Assembly (NCBI GenBank): GCA_902624495.1
Contig: CACNYH010000002.1
Span: 8,349-72,348 of the forward strand
Source: an uncultured Pelagibacteraceae bacterium
GTDB taxonomy: Bacteria > Pseudomonadota > Alphaproteobacteria > Pelagibacterales > Pelagibacteraceae
Reading direction: 5' to 3'
Length of the DNA: 64,000 nt
The position numbers and the translations under genes are program-made. The notes beneath the pieces are model-generated. The model made no database searches and was not told the DNA's origin. It saw only the letters and a program-made list of their open reading frames with translations. Below are positions 42,191 to 52,157 of this stretch, in pieces; the stretch's first letter is position 1; every line of letters begins with the position of its first letter.

Positions 42191-43102
42191 ATGGAATATT
42201 TTATACAACAATTGGTTAACGGGATTACTTTAGGTTCGATTTACGGACTTATCGCAATTGGTTACACCATGGTCTATGGAATTATTGGAATGATTAATTT
42301 TGCTCATGGTGATATTTTTATGATCGGAGCTTTTGTTGCTTTAATATCATTTATTATCTTCGGTTTAACCGGGGTGGCATTACCAATTATTTTACTTTTG
42401 GTTTTACTAATAGCTATGCTTTTTACAGCTTGCTATGGGTGGACAGTTGAAAAATTAGCCTACAAGCCTTTAAGAGGATCTTTTAGATTAGCTCCGCTTA
42501 TATCTGCTTTAGGTATGTCGATTGTATTACAAAATTATGTCCAAGTTTCTCAAGGTGCAAGAGTAAAACCAATGCAGCCGTTATTTTCAGGAGGATTAGA
42601 GTTTTTTAAGAATTCGGAATTTATTGTTACGGTTAGTTATCTCCAAATTTTTATAGTTGTATTGACAATTATTTTAATGGGAATTTTTACATATTTAATC
42701 ACTAAAACTGATTTAGGAAGAGCACAAAGAGCCTGCGAACAAGATAGAACAATGACCGCTTTACTTGGAATTAATGTTGATAGAACAATTTCAATTACAT
42801 TTATAATCGGATCTTCTTTAGCATCAGTAGCAGGAATGATGTTTGTACTTTATTACGGCGTAATTGATTTTTACATAGGATTTTTAGCTGGCATAAAAGC
42901 TTTTACTGCAGCAGTTTTAGGCGGAATAGGATCGTTGCCTGGAGCAATGTTAGGCGGCTTGTTAATCGGACTTATAGAAACCTTCTGGGCTGGATATGTT
43001 TCTCTTGAATACAAAGATGTTGCAGCTTTCAGTGTTTTAATTGTAGTTTTAATTTTCTTTCCAACTGGATTTCTTGGAAAGCCAGATATCGAGAAAGTTT
43101 AA
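42191..43102 (+). CDS. livH: Branched-chain amino acid ABC permease
   Basis: GYTMVYGIIGMINFAHG, KAFTAAVLGGIGS. Confidence 0.95.
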   Translation: MEYFIQQLVNGITLGSIYGLIAIGYTMVYGIIGMINFAHGDIFMIGAFVALISFIIFGLTGVALPIILLLVLLIAMLFTACYGWTVEKLAYKPLRGSFRLAPLISALGMSIVLQNYVQVSQGARVKPMQPLFSGGLEFFKNSEFIVTVSYLQIFIVVLTIILMGIFTYLITKTDLGRAQRACEQDRTMTALLGINVDRTISITFIIGSSLASVAGMMFVLYYGVIDFYIGFLAGIKAFTAAVLGGIGSLPGAMLGGLLIGLIETFWAGYVSLEYKDVAAFSVLIVVLIFFPTGFLGKPDIEKV

Positions 43103-44370
43103 TGGAAAAACAAGATATAATTAAATCATTTAAAGACAGTTTGTTTACTGGCTTGATAGCCTTAGCTTTATTTGGCCCTATTGTTGGACTTAGAACTGCA
43201 TCAAAAGGTGAAGGGCTATTCATAACACCGCAATGGGGTGTAGTTTTTTTACTTGTTGGATTATGTATTTTAGGAAGATTTTTAATTAATATCAATTCTG
43301 CAAGAAGAACAGAATTTAAAATTTTTTCAACTCTGTCATCTAAGTTTTCAAGTATTACCGAGGATAAAGCAAAACATTTTGCAATTACAGGCATTTTGTT
43401 TGCAGTGGTATTTCCGTTTCTTCCATTTACCGACAGATACTTTATGGATGTAGCAATAATGATTTTAACTTATATCATGTTAGGTTGGGGTTTAAACATT
43501 GTAGTTGGTTTAGCCGGTCTTCTTGATTTAGGTTATGTAGCCTTTTATGCTGTTGGAGCTTATTCGTATGCACTTATTGCAACGACTTTTGGTTGGTCTT
43601 TTTGGATTTGTTTGCCATTAGCCGGCCTTTTCGCTGCGTTCTTTGGAATTTTGCTAGGCTTTCCAGTTTTAAGATTGAGAGGAGATTATCTAGCTATTGT
43701 AACATTAGGTTTTGGGGAAATTATTAGAATTATTTTAATCAATTGGTATGAAGTTACAAATGGCCCAGACGGTATAACAGGAATTCCTAGACCATCATTC
43801 TTTGGTTTACCTTTTAAAAGATCGCCAGATGAAGGTGAAATGAGTTTTCATACTTTTTTTGGATTAGAGTACTCCACTATGCATAGAATAATTTTCTTGT
43901 ATTATTTAATTTTAGTTTTAGCTCTAATCACTAATTACTTTACATTGAAGATCAGAAAGTTACCTGTTGGAAGGGCTTGGGAGGCTCTACGAGAAGATGA
44001 AATTGCTTGCAAGTCTTTAGGTGTTAATCCCACAAATACTAAGTTGACAGCATTTGCAATTGGAGCAATGTTTGGAGGGTTTGCAGGATCTTTTTTTGCT
44101 ACAAGACAAGCTTTTATAAGTCCAGAAAGTTTTACTTTTATAGAGTCAGCAATCATAGTTGCCATTGTAGTTCTTGGAGGCATGGGTTCTCAGACTGGAG
44201 TAGTCTTAGCTTCAATTTTTTTAATAGGAATAACAGAAATATTTAGAGATTTAGAACAATACAGAATGATCGCTTTTGGAGGAGCTATGGTTCTTATTAT
44301 GGTTTTTAAACCTAAAGGTATTTTAGCTAATAGAAAGCCAACTATCTTAATGCACGGAGATAAAAAATGA
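43102..44370 (+). CDS. livM: Branched-chain amino acid ABC permease
   Basis: GLNIVVGLAGLLDLGYVAFY, LRGDYLAIVTLGFGE. Confidence 0.95.
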   Translation: MEKQDIIKSFKDSLFTGLIALALFGPIVGLRTASKGEGLFITPQWGVVFLLVGLCILGRFLININSARRTEFKIFSTLSSKFSSITEDKAKHFAITGILFAVVFPFLPFTDRYFMDVAIMILTYIMLGWGLNIVVGLAGLLDLGYVAFYAVGAYSYALIATTFGWSFWICLPLAGLFAAFFGILLGFPVLRLRGDYLAIVTLGFGEIIRIILINWYEVTNGPDGITGIPRPSFFGLPFKRSPDEGEMSFHTFFGLEYSTMHRIIFLYYLILVLALITNYFTLKIRKLPVGRAWEALREDEIACKSLGVNPTNTKLTAFAIGAMFGGFAGSFFATRQAFISPESFTFIESAIIVAIVVLGGMGSQTGVVLASIFLIGITEIFRDLEQYRMIAFGGAMVLIMVFKPKGILANRKPTILMHGDKK

Positions 44371-45158
44371 GCAATTTATTATCAGTTGAAAAATTGACAA
44401 TGAAATTTGGCGGTCTAGTAGCCATAGATGATTTAAGTTTTGATGCAAAAAACAATCAAATCACTTCTATTATCGGTCCTAATGGAGCTGGAAAAACTAC
44501 AGTCTTTAATTGCTTAACAGGCTTTTATAAACCGACTACTGGCCAGATGTATTTACATCAGGCTGACAATAAAGTTTCCTTAAGAAAGTACACTGATTTT
44601 AAGATAGCTCATGTAGCAAAAGTAGCTAGAACTTTTCAAAATATAAGATTGTTTCCAGCGATGTCCGTGTTAGAAAATCTTTTAGTTGCTCAACACAATG
44701 AGTTAATGATTGCTTCAGGATACTCACTTTATGGCTTACTTAATTTAAAATCTTATAGAGATAAAGAACAATTAGCGGTGAATAAAGCAAAGTATTGGTT
44801 AGATATTATAGGATTGACACATAGGGCAGACGACAATGCAGGAGATCTACCATATGGAGATCAACGAAAATTAGAAATTGTGAGAGCGATGTGTATTGAA
44901 CCTAAACTCTTATGTTTAGATGAACCGGCAGCTGGACTTAACCCAAAAGAATCCGCAGAGTTAAATAAACTTTTGAAATTTATTAAAACTGAAAAAAAAA
45001 CAGGAATTTTATTAATTGAGCATGACATGAGCGTTGTGATGGGTATTTCCGATCACGTTGTAGTATTGAATTATGGAAAAAAAATATTTGAAGGAACTGC
45101 TGAGCAAACAAAAAAAAGTAAAGAAGTAATTGAGGCATATCTAGGAGTGGATGAATAA
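44367..45158 (+). CDS. livG: Branched-chain amino acid ABC ATPase
   Basis: GPNGAGKTTVFN, RTFQNIRLF, LDEPAAGLN. Confidence 0.95.
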   Translation: MSNLLSVEKLTMKFGGLVAIDDLSFDAKNNQITSIIGPNGAGKTTVFNCLTGFYKPTTGQMYLHQADNKVSLRKYTDFKIAHVAKVARTFQNIRLFPAMSVLENLLVAQHNELMIASGYSLYGLLNLKSYRDKEQLAVNKAKYWLDIIGLTHRADDNAGDLPYGDQRKLEIVRAMCIEPKLLCLDEPAAGLNPKESAELNKLLKFIKTEKKTGILLIEHDMSVVMGISDHVVVLNYGKKIFEGTAEQTKKSKEVIEAYLGVDE

Positions 45159-45877
45159 TGCTTAAAATTTCAAACGTCGAAACATTCTATGGAAAAATAC
45201 AAGCCCTTAGAGGAGTTGACATAGACGTTAACGATGGGGAAATAGTTTCTCTAATAGGTTCAAATGGCGCCGGTAAGTCTACTTTATTAATGACCATAAG
45301 CGGTGTTAACAAAGCCAGAAATGGAAATATAACTTTTAATGGTGAGAGAATTGAAAACAGAGATCCACATAAAATAGTTGATCTAGGGATATGCCAAGTC
45401 CCTGAAGGAAGAAGAATATTTTCAAGATTAACTGTTGAAGAAAATTTAAGATTAGGTGCTTACACAAATGAACTAGGTAAACATTTTGAGACAGATATCA
45501 AAGAAGTGTATGACTTATTTCCAGTATTGAGTGACAGAAAAACACAAAGAGGGGGAACATTATCTGGAGGAGAGCAACAAATGCTGGCAATAGGTAGAGC
45601 GCTAATGAGCAAACCAAAAGTATTACTCTTAGATGAACCTTCTTTAGGGATAGCCCCAAAACTGGTAAATCAAATATTTGCCTCAATAAAAAATATTAAT
45701 AAAGAAAAAAATGTTACTATTTTTCTAGTTGAGCAAAATGCAAAAAAAGCACTAGAGCTAGCAGATCGTGCCTATGTTTTAGTTAATGGCAAAGTTACCA
45801 TTATGGGTTCTGGTCAAGACCTACTTAAAAACAAAGATATTCAAGCAGCCTACCTCGAGGGTGGGACAAAAAATTAA
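45158..45877 (+). CDS. livF: Branched-chain amino acid ABC ATPase
   Basis: GSNGAGKST, PEGRRIF, LSGGEQQML. Confidence 0.95.
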   Translation: MLKISNVETFYGKIQALRGVDIDVNDGEIVSLIGSNGAGKSTLLMTISGVNKARNGNITFNGERIENRDPHKIVDLGICQVPEGRRIFSRLTVEENLRLGAYTNELGKHFETDIKEVYDLFPVLSDRKTQRGGTLSGGEQQMLAIGRALMSKPKVLLLDEPSLGIAPKLVNQIFASIKNINKEKNVTIFLVEQNAKKALELADRAYVLVNGKVTIMGSGQDLLKNKDIQAAYLEGGTKN

Positions 45878-45955
45878 GTTTTTTTCATATTTACAAGTTC
45901 ATATTTAAGGTGTTCAATATCAATAATTAATTAATTAATAACAAAGGGAAATAAT

Positions 45956-47059
45956 ATGTTTAGAACGTTTAATAAACTTCTTTCATTAATTGCCGGAACA
46001 TTAATGCTTGCAACAGTATCTGCTAAAGCTGACGTTGTTGTTGCTTCTGCTGGACCTATGTCTGGTCAGTACGCTTCATTTGGTTCTCAGTTAAAAGCTG
46101 GAGCTGAAATGTGGTTAAAGCACGTTAATAAAAAAGGCGGAATTAATGGTGAGAAAGTTAAATTAGAAATTGGAGACGATGCTTGTGATCCTAAACAAGC
46201 TGTAGCTGTAGCCAACAAATTTGCTGGTCAAGGTGTAGCTTATGTTGCAGGTCACTTCTGCTCTGGTTCTTCAATTCCAGCTTCTGCGGTTTACAATGAA
46301 GAAGGAATTATTCAAGTTTCACCAGCTTCAACAAATCCAGCGTTAACGGATAAAGGTGGTAAATATACTTTTAGAGTTTGTGGTCGAGATGATCAGCAAG
46401 GTGAAGTAGCTGGTAAATTCTTAGCTGATAACTATAAAGGTAAAAAAGTAGCTATCCTTCATGACAAAACTGCTTACGGAAAAGGTTTAGCAGATGCGAC
46501 GAGAAAAAATATGAAGAAAGCTGGCCTTAAAGAAGCTATGTACGAAGCTTATACAGCAGGTGAAAAAGATTACTCTGCTTTAGTTTCGAAACTAAAATCT
46601 AATAACATCGATGCAGTTTATCTTGGTGGTTACCACACAGAAGGTGGTTTGATCGTAAGACAAATGAGAGACCAAGGTATGAAAACTAAATTAATCAGTG
46701 GTGACGCTTTAGTTACAGCTGAATATTGGGATATTACAGGTGATGCAGGTGAAGGTACGTTAATGACTTTCTCTCCAGATCCAAGAAATAACCCTGCAGC
46801 TGCAGATGTTGTAAAAGAATTTAAAGCTGCTGGTATTGAGCCAGAAGGTTATGTTCTTTACTCATACGCTGCGTTACAAGTATTTGAACAAGCTGCTAAC
46901 CAAGCTGGATCAAACGACCCTGCTAAGGTTCTTAAAGTAATGAGAAAAGGTAAGTTTGATACTGTAATCGGTTCACTAAGCTTTGATAAAAAAGGTGACG
47001 TGAGCTTACCAGGTTACGTATTTTATGAGTGGAGCAAAGGTAATTACAAAGAACTGTAA
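45956..47059 (+). CDS. livK: Branched-chain amino acid substrate-binding protein (LivJ/LivK)
   Basis: DDACDPKQAVAVANK, GHFCSGSSIPAS, GRDDQQG, HDKTAYGKGLA. Confidence 0.93.
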   Translation: MFRTFNKLLSLIAGTLMLATVSAKADVVVASAGPMSGQYASFGSQLKAGAEMWLKHVNKKGGINGEKVKLEIGDDACDPKQAVAVANKFAGQGVAYVAGHFCSGSSIPASAVYNEEGIIQVSPASTNPALTDKGGKYTFRVCGRDDQQGEVAGKFLADNYKGKKVAILHDKTAYGKGLADATRKNMKKAGLKEAMYEAYTAGEKDYSALVSKLKSNNIDAVYLGGYHTEGGLIVRQMRDQGMKTKLISGDALVTAEYWDITGDAGEGTLMTFSPDPRNNPAAADVVKEFKAAGIEPEGYVLYSYAALQVFEQAANQAGSNDPAKVLKVMRKGKFDTVIGSLSFDKKGDVSLPGYVFYEWSKGNYKEL

Positions 47060-47079
47060 TTCAATCGCTTAACTAATTT

Positions 47080-47105
47080 AAAAGGGGGCTTAGGCCCCCT
47101 TTTTT
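47080..47105 (+). terminator. Intrinsic terminator after livK
   Basis: AAAAGGGGGC-TTAG-GCCCCC-TTTTTT. Confidence 0.88.
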
Positions 47106-47123
47106 ATTTATAGAAAGGAATTT

Positions 47124-47459
47124 ATGGAAATAACTTATGATGATTTTAAGAAAGTGCAGATTAAAGTCGGCACTATTTTAGAAGCAAAAGTAAATGAGAA
47201 AGCAAGAAAACCTTCATTAGTAGTTAAGGTAGATTTTGGGAAAGAGATAGGTATAAAACAATCTTCAGCGCAGATTACTCACTATTACACTCCTGAAAAT
47301 TTAGTAGGAAAACAAGTTATTGGAGTTTGTAATTTTCCGACAAAAAATATAGCTGGCGTTACATCAGAAGTTTTAGTTCTTGGCGCAATTGAAAAGGACG
47401 GAAAAGTTGTCCTAGTGCACCCGTCTCAGAAAACTGATAATGGTCTAGACATTGCTTAA
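47124..47459 (+). CDS. csaA: tRNA-binding / export chaperone CsaA
   Basis: DDFKKV, VDFG, SSAQIT, NFP, SEVLVLG. Confidence 0.88.
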   Translation: MEITYDDFKKVQIKVGTILEAKVNEKARKPSLVVKVDFGKEIGIKQSSAQITHYYTPENLVGKQVIGVCNFPTKNIAGVTSEVLVLGAIEKDGKVVLVHPSQKTDNGLDIA

Positions 47460-47897
47460 ATGAGTTCTGAAACATTTAATTGGAGCTGTAGACATACATG
47501 GTCAAGAAGTGCCAAAAATACATTTTGGTGTTTACTTGGTTGCTCTATTGGTGATTTTGGAACTATTTTATTTTTTCAATTAACAAAAATTCCTTTTCCT
47601 GTTTTAGCAATCATGGTTTTAGCGATAATCAATGGGATTATTACCAGCATTATTTTAGAAACAATTATTTTATTAAGACAAAATTTTTCTTTAAAGTTAG
47701 CTTTTAAAACAGCTGTTGGAATGAGTTTAATCTCAATGGTTAGCATGGAAATTGCTATGAATGCTACAGACTATTTTCTTACAGGAGGAGCTATTTTAAC
47801 TTGGTGGGTTGTGCCAATAATGTTAGCTGTTGGTTTTGTTACGCCTTGGCCATATAATTATTGGAGACTCAAAAAATTTAACGAAGCTTGCCATTAA
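47460..47897 (+). CDS. DUF4396 membrane protein
   Basis: WCLLGCSIGD, SMVSMEIAMN, PYNYW, C-terminal ACH. Confidence 0.8.
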   Translation: MSSETFNWSCRHTWSRSAKNTFWCLLGCSIGDFGTILFFQLTKIPFPVLAIMVLAIINGIITSIILETIILLRQNFSLKLAFKTAVGMSLISMVSMEIAMNATDYFLTGGAILTWWVVPIMLAVGFVTPWPYNYWRLKKFNEACH

Positions 47898-48424
47898 GTA
47901 ATTTTGTTTAAGATTTTATCCTTAAAAACAAAATGATGAACAATCACTGCAAGTATATGCAGACTTACAAGTGCTAATAATAAGTAATTAGCGTAAATGT
48001 GAACTTGGTAATAAGCATCAGCTAAAACAAAATTATCTTTTTCAAATCCATATTTAAAAAATATAAAATTAAGTATTTCCCCCATATAAAGTTTTTTAAG
48101 AATTCCAGAAATAGTTATGGAAAAAATAGTTACATAAAGCAAAAAATGGTTAGCCTTTCCAATCAAGACCTGTCCTTTGAAAAAACTTTTGCTTTCAGTT
48201 GGGCTAGGGTTAAAGAATTTCCAAATTAGTCTAAATAAAGTTAAGTAAAAAACAGTAATTCCGATTAATATATGAATATTTTCTAATTCAATTCTCTGAT
48301 CAGAAAATTCCAATCCTACTAAATAAAAACCAAAGGGAACTTGCACCAAAAGGACAATAAAGGTAATCCAATGAAACAATTTAGCTAGTAGACCATATTT
48401 GTCAAAACTGTTAAAAAATTGCAT
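47894..48424 (-). CDS. Cytochrome b561 (CybB-like, di-heme)
   Basis: LFHW, NIHILIG, LFRLIW, LHILAVIVHH...KD. Confidence 0.88.
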   Translation of the reverse strand: MQFFNSFDKYGLLAKLFHWITFIVLLVQVPFGFYLVGLEFSDQRIELENIHILIGITVFYLTLFRLIWKFFNPSPTESKSFFKGQVLIGKANHFLLYVTIFSITISGILKKLYMGEILNFIFFKYGFEKDNFVLADAYYQVHIYANYLLLALVSLHILAVIVHHFVFKDKILNKIT

Positions 48425-48443
48425 ACTAAATTATTAATTATAT

Positions 48444-48884
48444 ATGTTTAAAATCAAAACGATAGTTGTCGCAACATTTATATTAATTTCACAGCAATTA
48501 TATGCCGCACAGTCTGTTGAAGAAATAATAAAAGGTAGAAAAGCAATGTTTAGTGAAAACTACCAAAATGCAAAAAAAATATCAATTCTATTGAAATCTA
48601 AAAAAATTGAAGAAGCAAAACCTTTAATGAAAAAAATTTCAGATAACTACAAAAAACTTTTAGATTATTTTCCTGAAAATACAAAAGAAGGTTTTAAAAC
48701 AGAAGCACTACCAAGCATTTGGGAAAATAAAGATGAGTTCAACGCTTTAATGCAAAAAGCTTCAGATGATATGTTAAAGCTAGCTAAAGCAATAGATACT
48801 GCGGATGACCTTCGAGCAGTTCAAAAAGAACTTATGTGGAGTAATTGTTCGGCTTGTCATAGTAGATTTAGAGCACCACATTAA
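48444..48884 (+). CDS. Class II cytochrome c (c'/c556)
   Basis: Signal peptide, FPENT, TEALPSIW, C-terminal CSACH. Confidence 0.9.
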   Translation: MFKIKTIVVATFILISQQLYAAQSVEEIIKGRKAMFSENYQNAKKISILLKSKKIEEAKPLMKKISDNYKKLLDYFPENTKEGFKTEALPSIWENKDEFNALMQKASDDMLKLAKAIDTADDLRAVQKELMWSNCSACHSRFRAPH

Positions 48885-48890
48885 ATTTAA

Positions 48891-49478
48891 ATGCAACTTC
48901 TACCCCTAATATTATTCGGTATAGCTACAGCTTTCTCTCCTGGACCAAATAATATTATGACATCTTATACAGCTTTTAATTTTGGATTTAGAAAAGCCAT
49001 TCCTACAATGCTTGGAGTAATTATCGGATGGACGCTTTTAATTATTCTTTTGCAACTTACATCTGGAGCTATTTTTCAAAAGTATGCATTTATTCAAACT
49101 ACAATAAAAATATTAGGATCAATCTACTTATTATACATGGCATACAAATTATCTTTTGCAGGACAAACAAAAGATAAAAAAATTGATCCAAAACCAGTTA
49201 CTTTTTTAAATACTTTTTGGTTTCAATTCGTAAATCCTAAAAGCATTATAGTTGGCTTAACATCAATTTCTTTATTTATTGATACGCAAAATAATTACTT
49301 AAGGGACTCGATTGTTTTAACATTTGTATGGTTTTTGATGGCTGTTGGAAGCCAAACAGCTTGGTGTCTAATGGGTAAATATATGAGAAAATTCGCCACA
49401 AGTGATAAATTTATTAAGAATTTTAATTACACAATGTCTTTTTTACTTATCGTTTGTGTAATTTTGTTCTATGTATAG
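48891..49478 (+). CDS. LysE family exporter
   Basis: SPGPNN, YLLYMAYK, FQFVNPK. Confidence 0.88.
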   Translation: MQLLPLILFGIATAFSPGPNNIMTSYTAFNFGFRKAIPTMLGVIIGWTLLIILLQLTSGAIFQKYAFIQTTIKILGSIYLLYMAYKLSFAGQTKDKKIDPKPVTFLNTFWFQFVNPKSIIVGLTSISLFIDTQNNYLRDSIVLTFVWFLMAVGSQTAWCLMGKYMRKFATSDKFIKNFNYTMSFLLIVCVILFYV

Positions 49479-49481
49479 CGC

Positions 49482-52157
49482 ATGAAATTTAATAGTAAAA
49501 ATTCCTTTAAATCATTAGATAATATTTCATCATCAGGTAAAGATTATAAAATCTTCAATTTAAAAAAAGCCGAAAAAAATGGTTTAGACGGAATTTCAAA
49601 ACTACCAAAATCTCTCAAAGTTTTATTAGAAAATCTACTTAGATATGAGGATGATTTAACAGTGGATAAAAAACAGATTTTAGCAATAAAAGAATGGTTA
49701 AAAAATAAAAAGTCTAACACTGAGATAGCTTACAGACCAGCACGTACTTTATTACAAGATTATACAGGAATTCCTGCAATCGCTGACCTAGCAGCTATGA
49801 GAGATGCAGTAAAAGATAAAAATAAAAATCCAGATAAAATTAATCCATTATCCACTGTTGATTTAGTTATAGATCATTCTGTGATGGTCGACGAGTATGC
49901 ATCAGGAAAATCATTCAATCAAAATGTTGAGAGAGAATTTTCAAGAAATGGTGAACGATACTCCTTTTTAAAATGGGGACAAAAAGCATTTGACAATTTT
50001 AGAGTTGTTCCTCCCGGTACAGGAATTTGTCATCAAGTAAATTTAGAATATTTGTCTAAAGTTGTTTGGTCATCAAAAAGCGGAAATGATTTATACGCTT
50101 ATCCAGATACTCTAGTTGGAACTGATAGTCATACAACAATGGTGAATGGTTTATCAGTCTTAGGTTGGGGTGTTGGAGGAATAGAGGCCGAGGCAGCAAT
50201 GTTAGGCCAGCCTATTTCAATGTTAATTCCAGAAGTCATTGGCGTAGAGCTAAAAGGAAAATTAAAAGAAGGAACAACTGCTACAGACTTAGTTTTAATT
50301 ATTGTTGAAAAGCTAAGAAAAAAAGGTGTAGTTGGGAAATTTGTAGAGTTTTATGGTGAGGGTTTAAAAAATTTAACCTTAGCTGATAGAGCAACAATTG
50401 CAAATATGGCTCCTGAATATGGAGCTACATGTGGTTTCTTTCCAATTGATGATGAAACTCTAAAATATTTAAAATTATCTGGAAGAGATCAAGAAACAAT
50501 AGCTTTAGTAGAGAAATATTCAAAAGAGCAAGGTCTTTGGGCAAGCAATGATGTTGTGTTTACGGATACTCTCTCATTAGATGTTAGCAGTGTAGTAACA
50601 AGCATTTCTGGACCTAAACGACCTCAGGATAAAGTTTTACTTACTGAGGCTTCAACTGCATTTGCAAAAGTTTATAAAGAAAATGCAAAAAGAGATAAGG
50701 CTATTGAGTCTAAAGTTGAAGGCACTGACTTTAATATAAAAGATGGTGATATTGTAATTGCTGCGATAACATCTTGCACAAACACCTCAAATCCAAGCGT
50801 AATGATTGGTGCAGGTCTTTTAGCGAAAAAAGCACATGAAAAAGGACTAAAAATTAAACCTTGGGTAAAAACTTCACTTGCACCAGGATCACAAGTTGTA
50901 ACTGACTATTTAGAAAAAGCAGGTTTAAATAAATATTTAGACGAACTTGGTTTTAATTTAGTTGGTTATGGCTGTACGACTTGTATTGGCAACTCTGGAC
51001 CTTTAAATCAAAATATATCAGATGCCATAAATAAAAATGATCTTTACGCTGTTTCAGTTTTATCTGGAAACAGGAACTTTGAAGGGAGAATTAATCCAGA
51101 TGTAAAAGCTAATTACTTAGCCTCACCTCCACTTGTAGTTGCCTATGCCCTGGCAGGTAATATGAATTTTGATATGTACAAGTCACCACTTGGTAAAGAT
51201 AAAAATGGCAAAGATGTTTTCTTAAAAGATATTTGGCCAAGTAATAAAGAAATTGAAGATTTGATGTTAAGTTCCTTAAACGCAGATATGTTTAAGCAAA
51301 GATATTCAAATGTATCAAAAGGACCTAAAGAATGGCAAGCTATCAATACAACAGATAGTGATATTTATAACTGGGAAGCTAATTCTACATATGTAAAAAG
51401 ACCACCATTTTTTGATGATTTACCTGATCAACCAGAGGGTTTTAAACCGATCAATGACGCAAGAATTCTTTTATTATTAGCAGACACAGTAACTACGGAT
51501 CATATTTCACCAGCAGGAAGTATTAAAAAAGAAAGTCCAACTGGCGATTATTTTATGAAACATCAAATACAACAAAAGGATTTTAATTCCTATGGCGCGA
51601 GAAGAGGAAATCATGAAGTAATGATGAGAGGAACTTTTGGAAATATAAAAATTAGAAATGAAATGGCTCCTGGTACTGAAGGTGGATTTACAACTTTGCA
51701 GCCAGACGGAAAAGTAATGAGTGTTTACGAAGCTGCGATGGAGTACAAAAAAAGAAAAAATGATTTAGTTGTAATTGCCGGCAAAGAATATGGAACAGGT
51801 TCGTCTAGGGACTGGGCAGCAAAAGGAACTAAACTTCTAGGAATTAAAGCTGTTTTAGCGGAAAGCTTTGAGAGAATTCATAGATCTAATTTAATTGGAA
51901 TGGGTGTTTTGCCCTTACAGTTTAAAGAGGGTTTTGATCGAAAAAAATTGAACATTACAGGAGCTGAGTTAGTTTCAGTTGTAAATATTGAAAAAGGTGT
52001 AAAGCCAAGACAAGAGGTGACTTGTGAAATCAAATATCAAGACGGAACTAGCAAAAAAATTCCAATGCTTTGTAGAATTGATACTGCTAATGAAGTGGAG
52101 TATTACAAAAACGGAGGAATTTTACAGTATGTTTTAAGAAATATGCTTGCTAATTAA
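49482..52157 (+). CDS. acnA: Aconitate hydratase A
   Basis: LENLLR, GICHQVNLE, GTDSHT, TSCTNTSNP, GCTTCIGNSG, GSSRDWAAKG. Confidence 0.97.
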   Translation: MKFNSKNSFKSLDNISSSGKDYKIFNLKKAEKNGLDGISKLPKSLKVLLENLLRYEDDLTVDKKQILAIKEWLKNKKSNTEIAYRPARTLLQDYTGIPAIADLAAMRDAVKDKNKNPDKINPLSTVDLVIDHSVMVDEYASGKSFNQNVEREFSRNGERYSFLKWGQKAFDNFRVVPPGTGICHQVNLEYLSKVVWSSKSGNDLYAYPDTLVGTDSHTTMVNGLSVLGWGVGGIEAEAAMLGQPISMLIPEVIGVELKGKLKEGTTATDLVLIIVEKLRKKGVVGKFVEFYGEGLKNLTLADRATIANMAPEYGATCGFFPIDDETLKYLKLSGRDQETIALVEKYSKEQGLWASNDVVFTDTLSLDVSSVVTSISGPKRPQDKVLLTEASTAFAKVYKENAKRDKAIESKVEGTDFNIKDGDIVIAAITSCTNTSNPSVMIGAGLLAKKAHEKGLKIKPWVKTSLAPGSQVVTDYLEKAGLNKYLDELGFNLVGYGCTTCIGNSGPLNQNISDAINKNDLYAVSVLSGNRNFEGRINPDVKANYLASPPLVVAYALAGNMNFDMYKSPLGKDKNGKDVFLKDIWPSNKEIEDLMLSSLNADMFKQRYSNVSKGPKEWQAINTTDSDIYNWEANSTYVKRPPFFDDLPDQPEGFKPINDARILLLLADTVTTDHISPAGSIKKESPTGDYFMKHQIQQKDFNSYGARRGNHEVMMRGTFGNIKIRNEMAPGTEGGFTTLQPDGKVMSVYEAAMEYKKRKNDLVVIAGKEYGTGSSRDWAAKGTKLLGIKAVLAESFERIHRSNLIGMGVLPLQFKEGFDRKKLNITGAELVSVVNIEKGVKPRQEVTCEIKYQDGTSKKIPMLCRIDTANEVEYYKNGGILQYVLRNMLAN

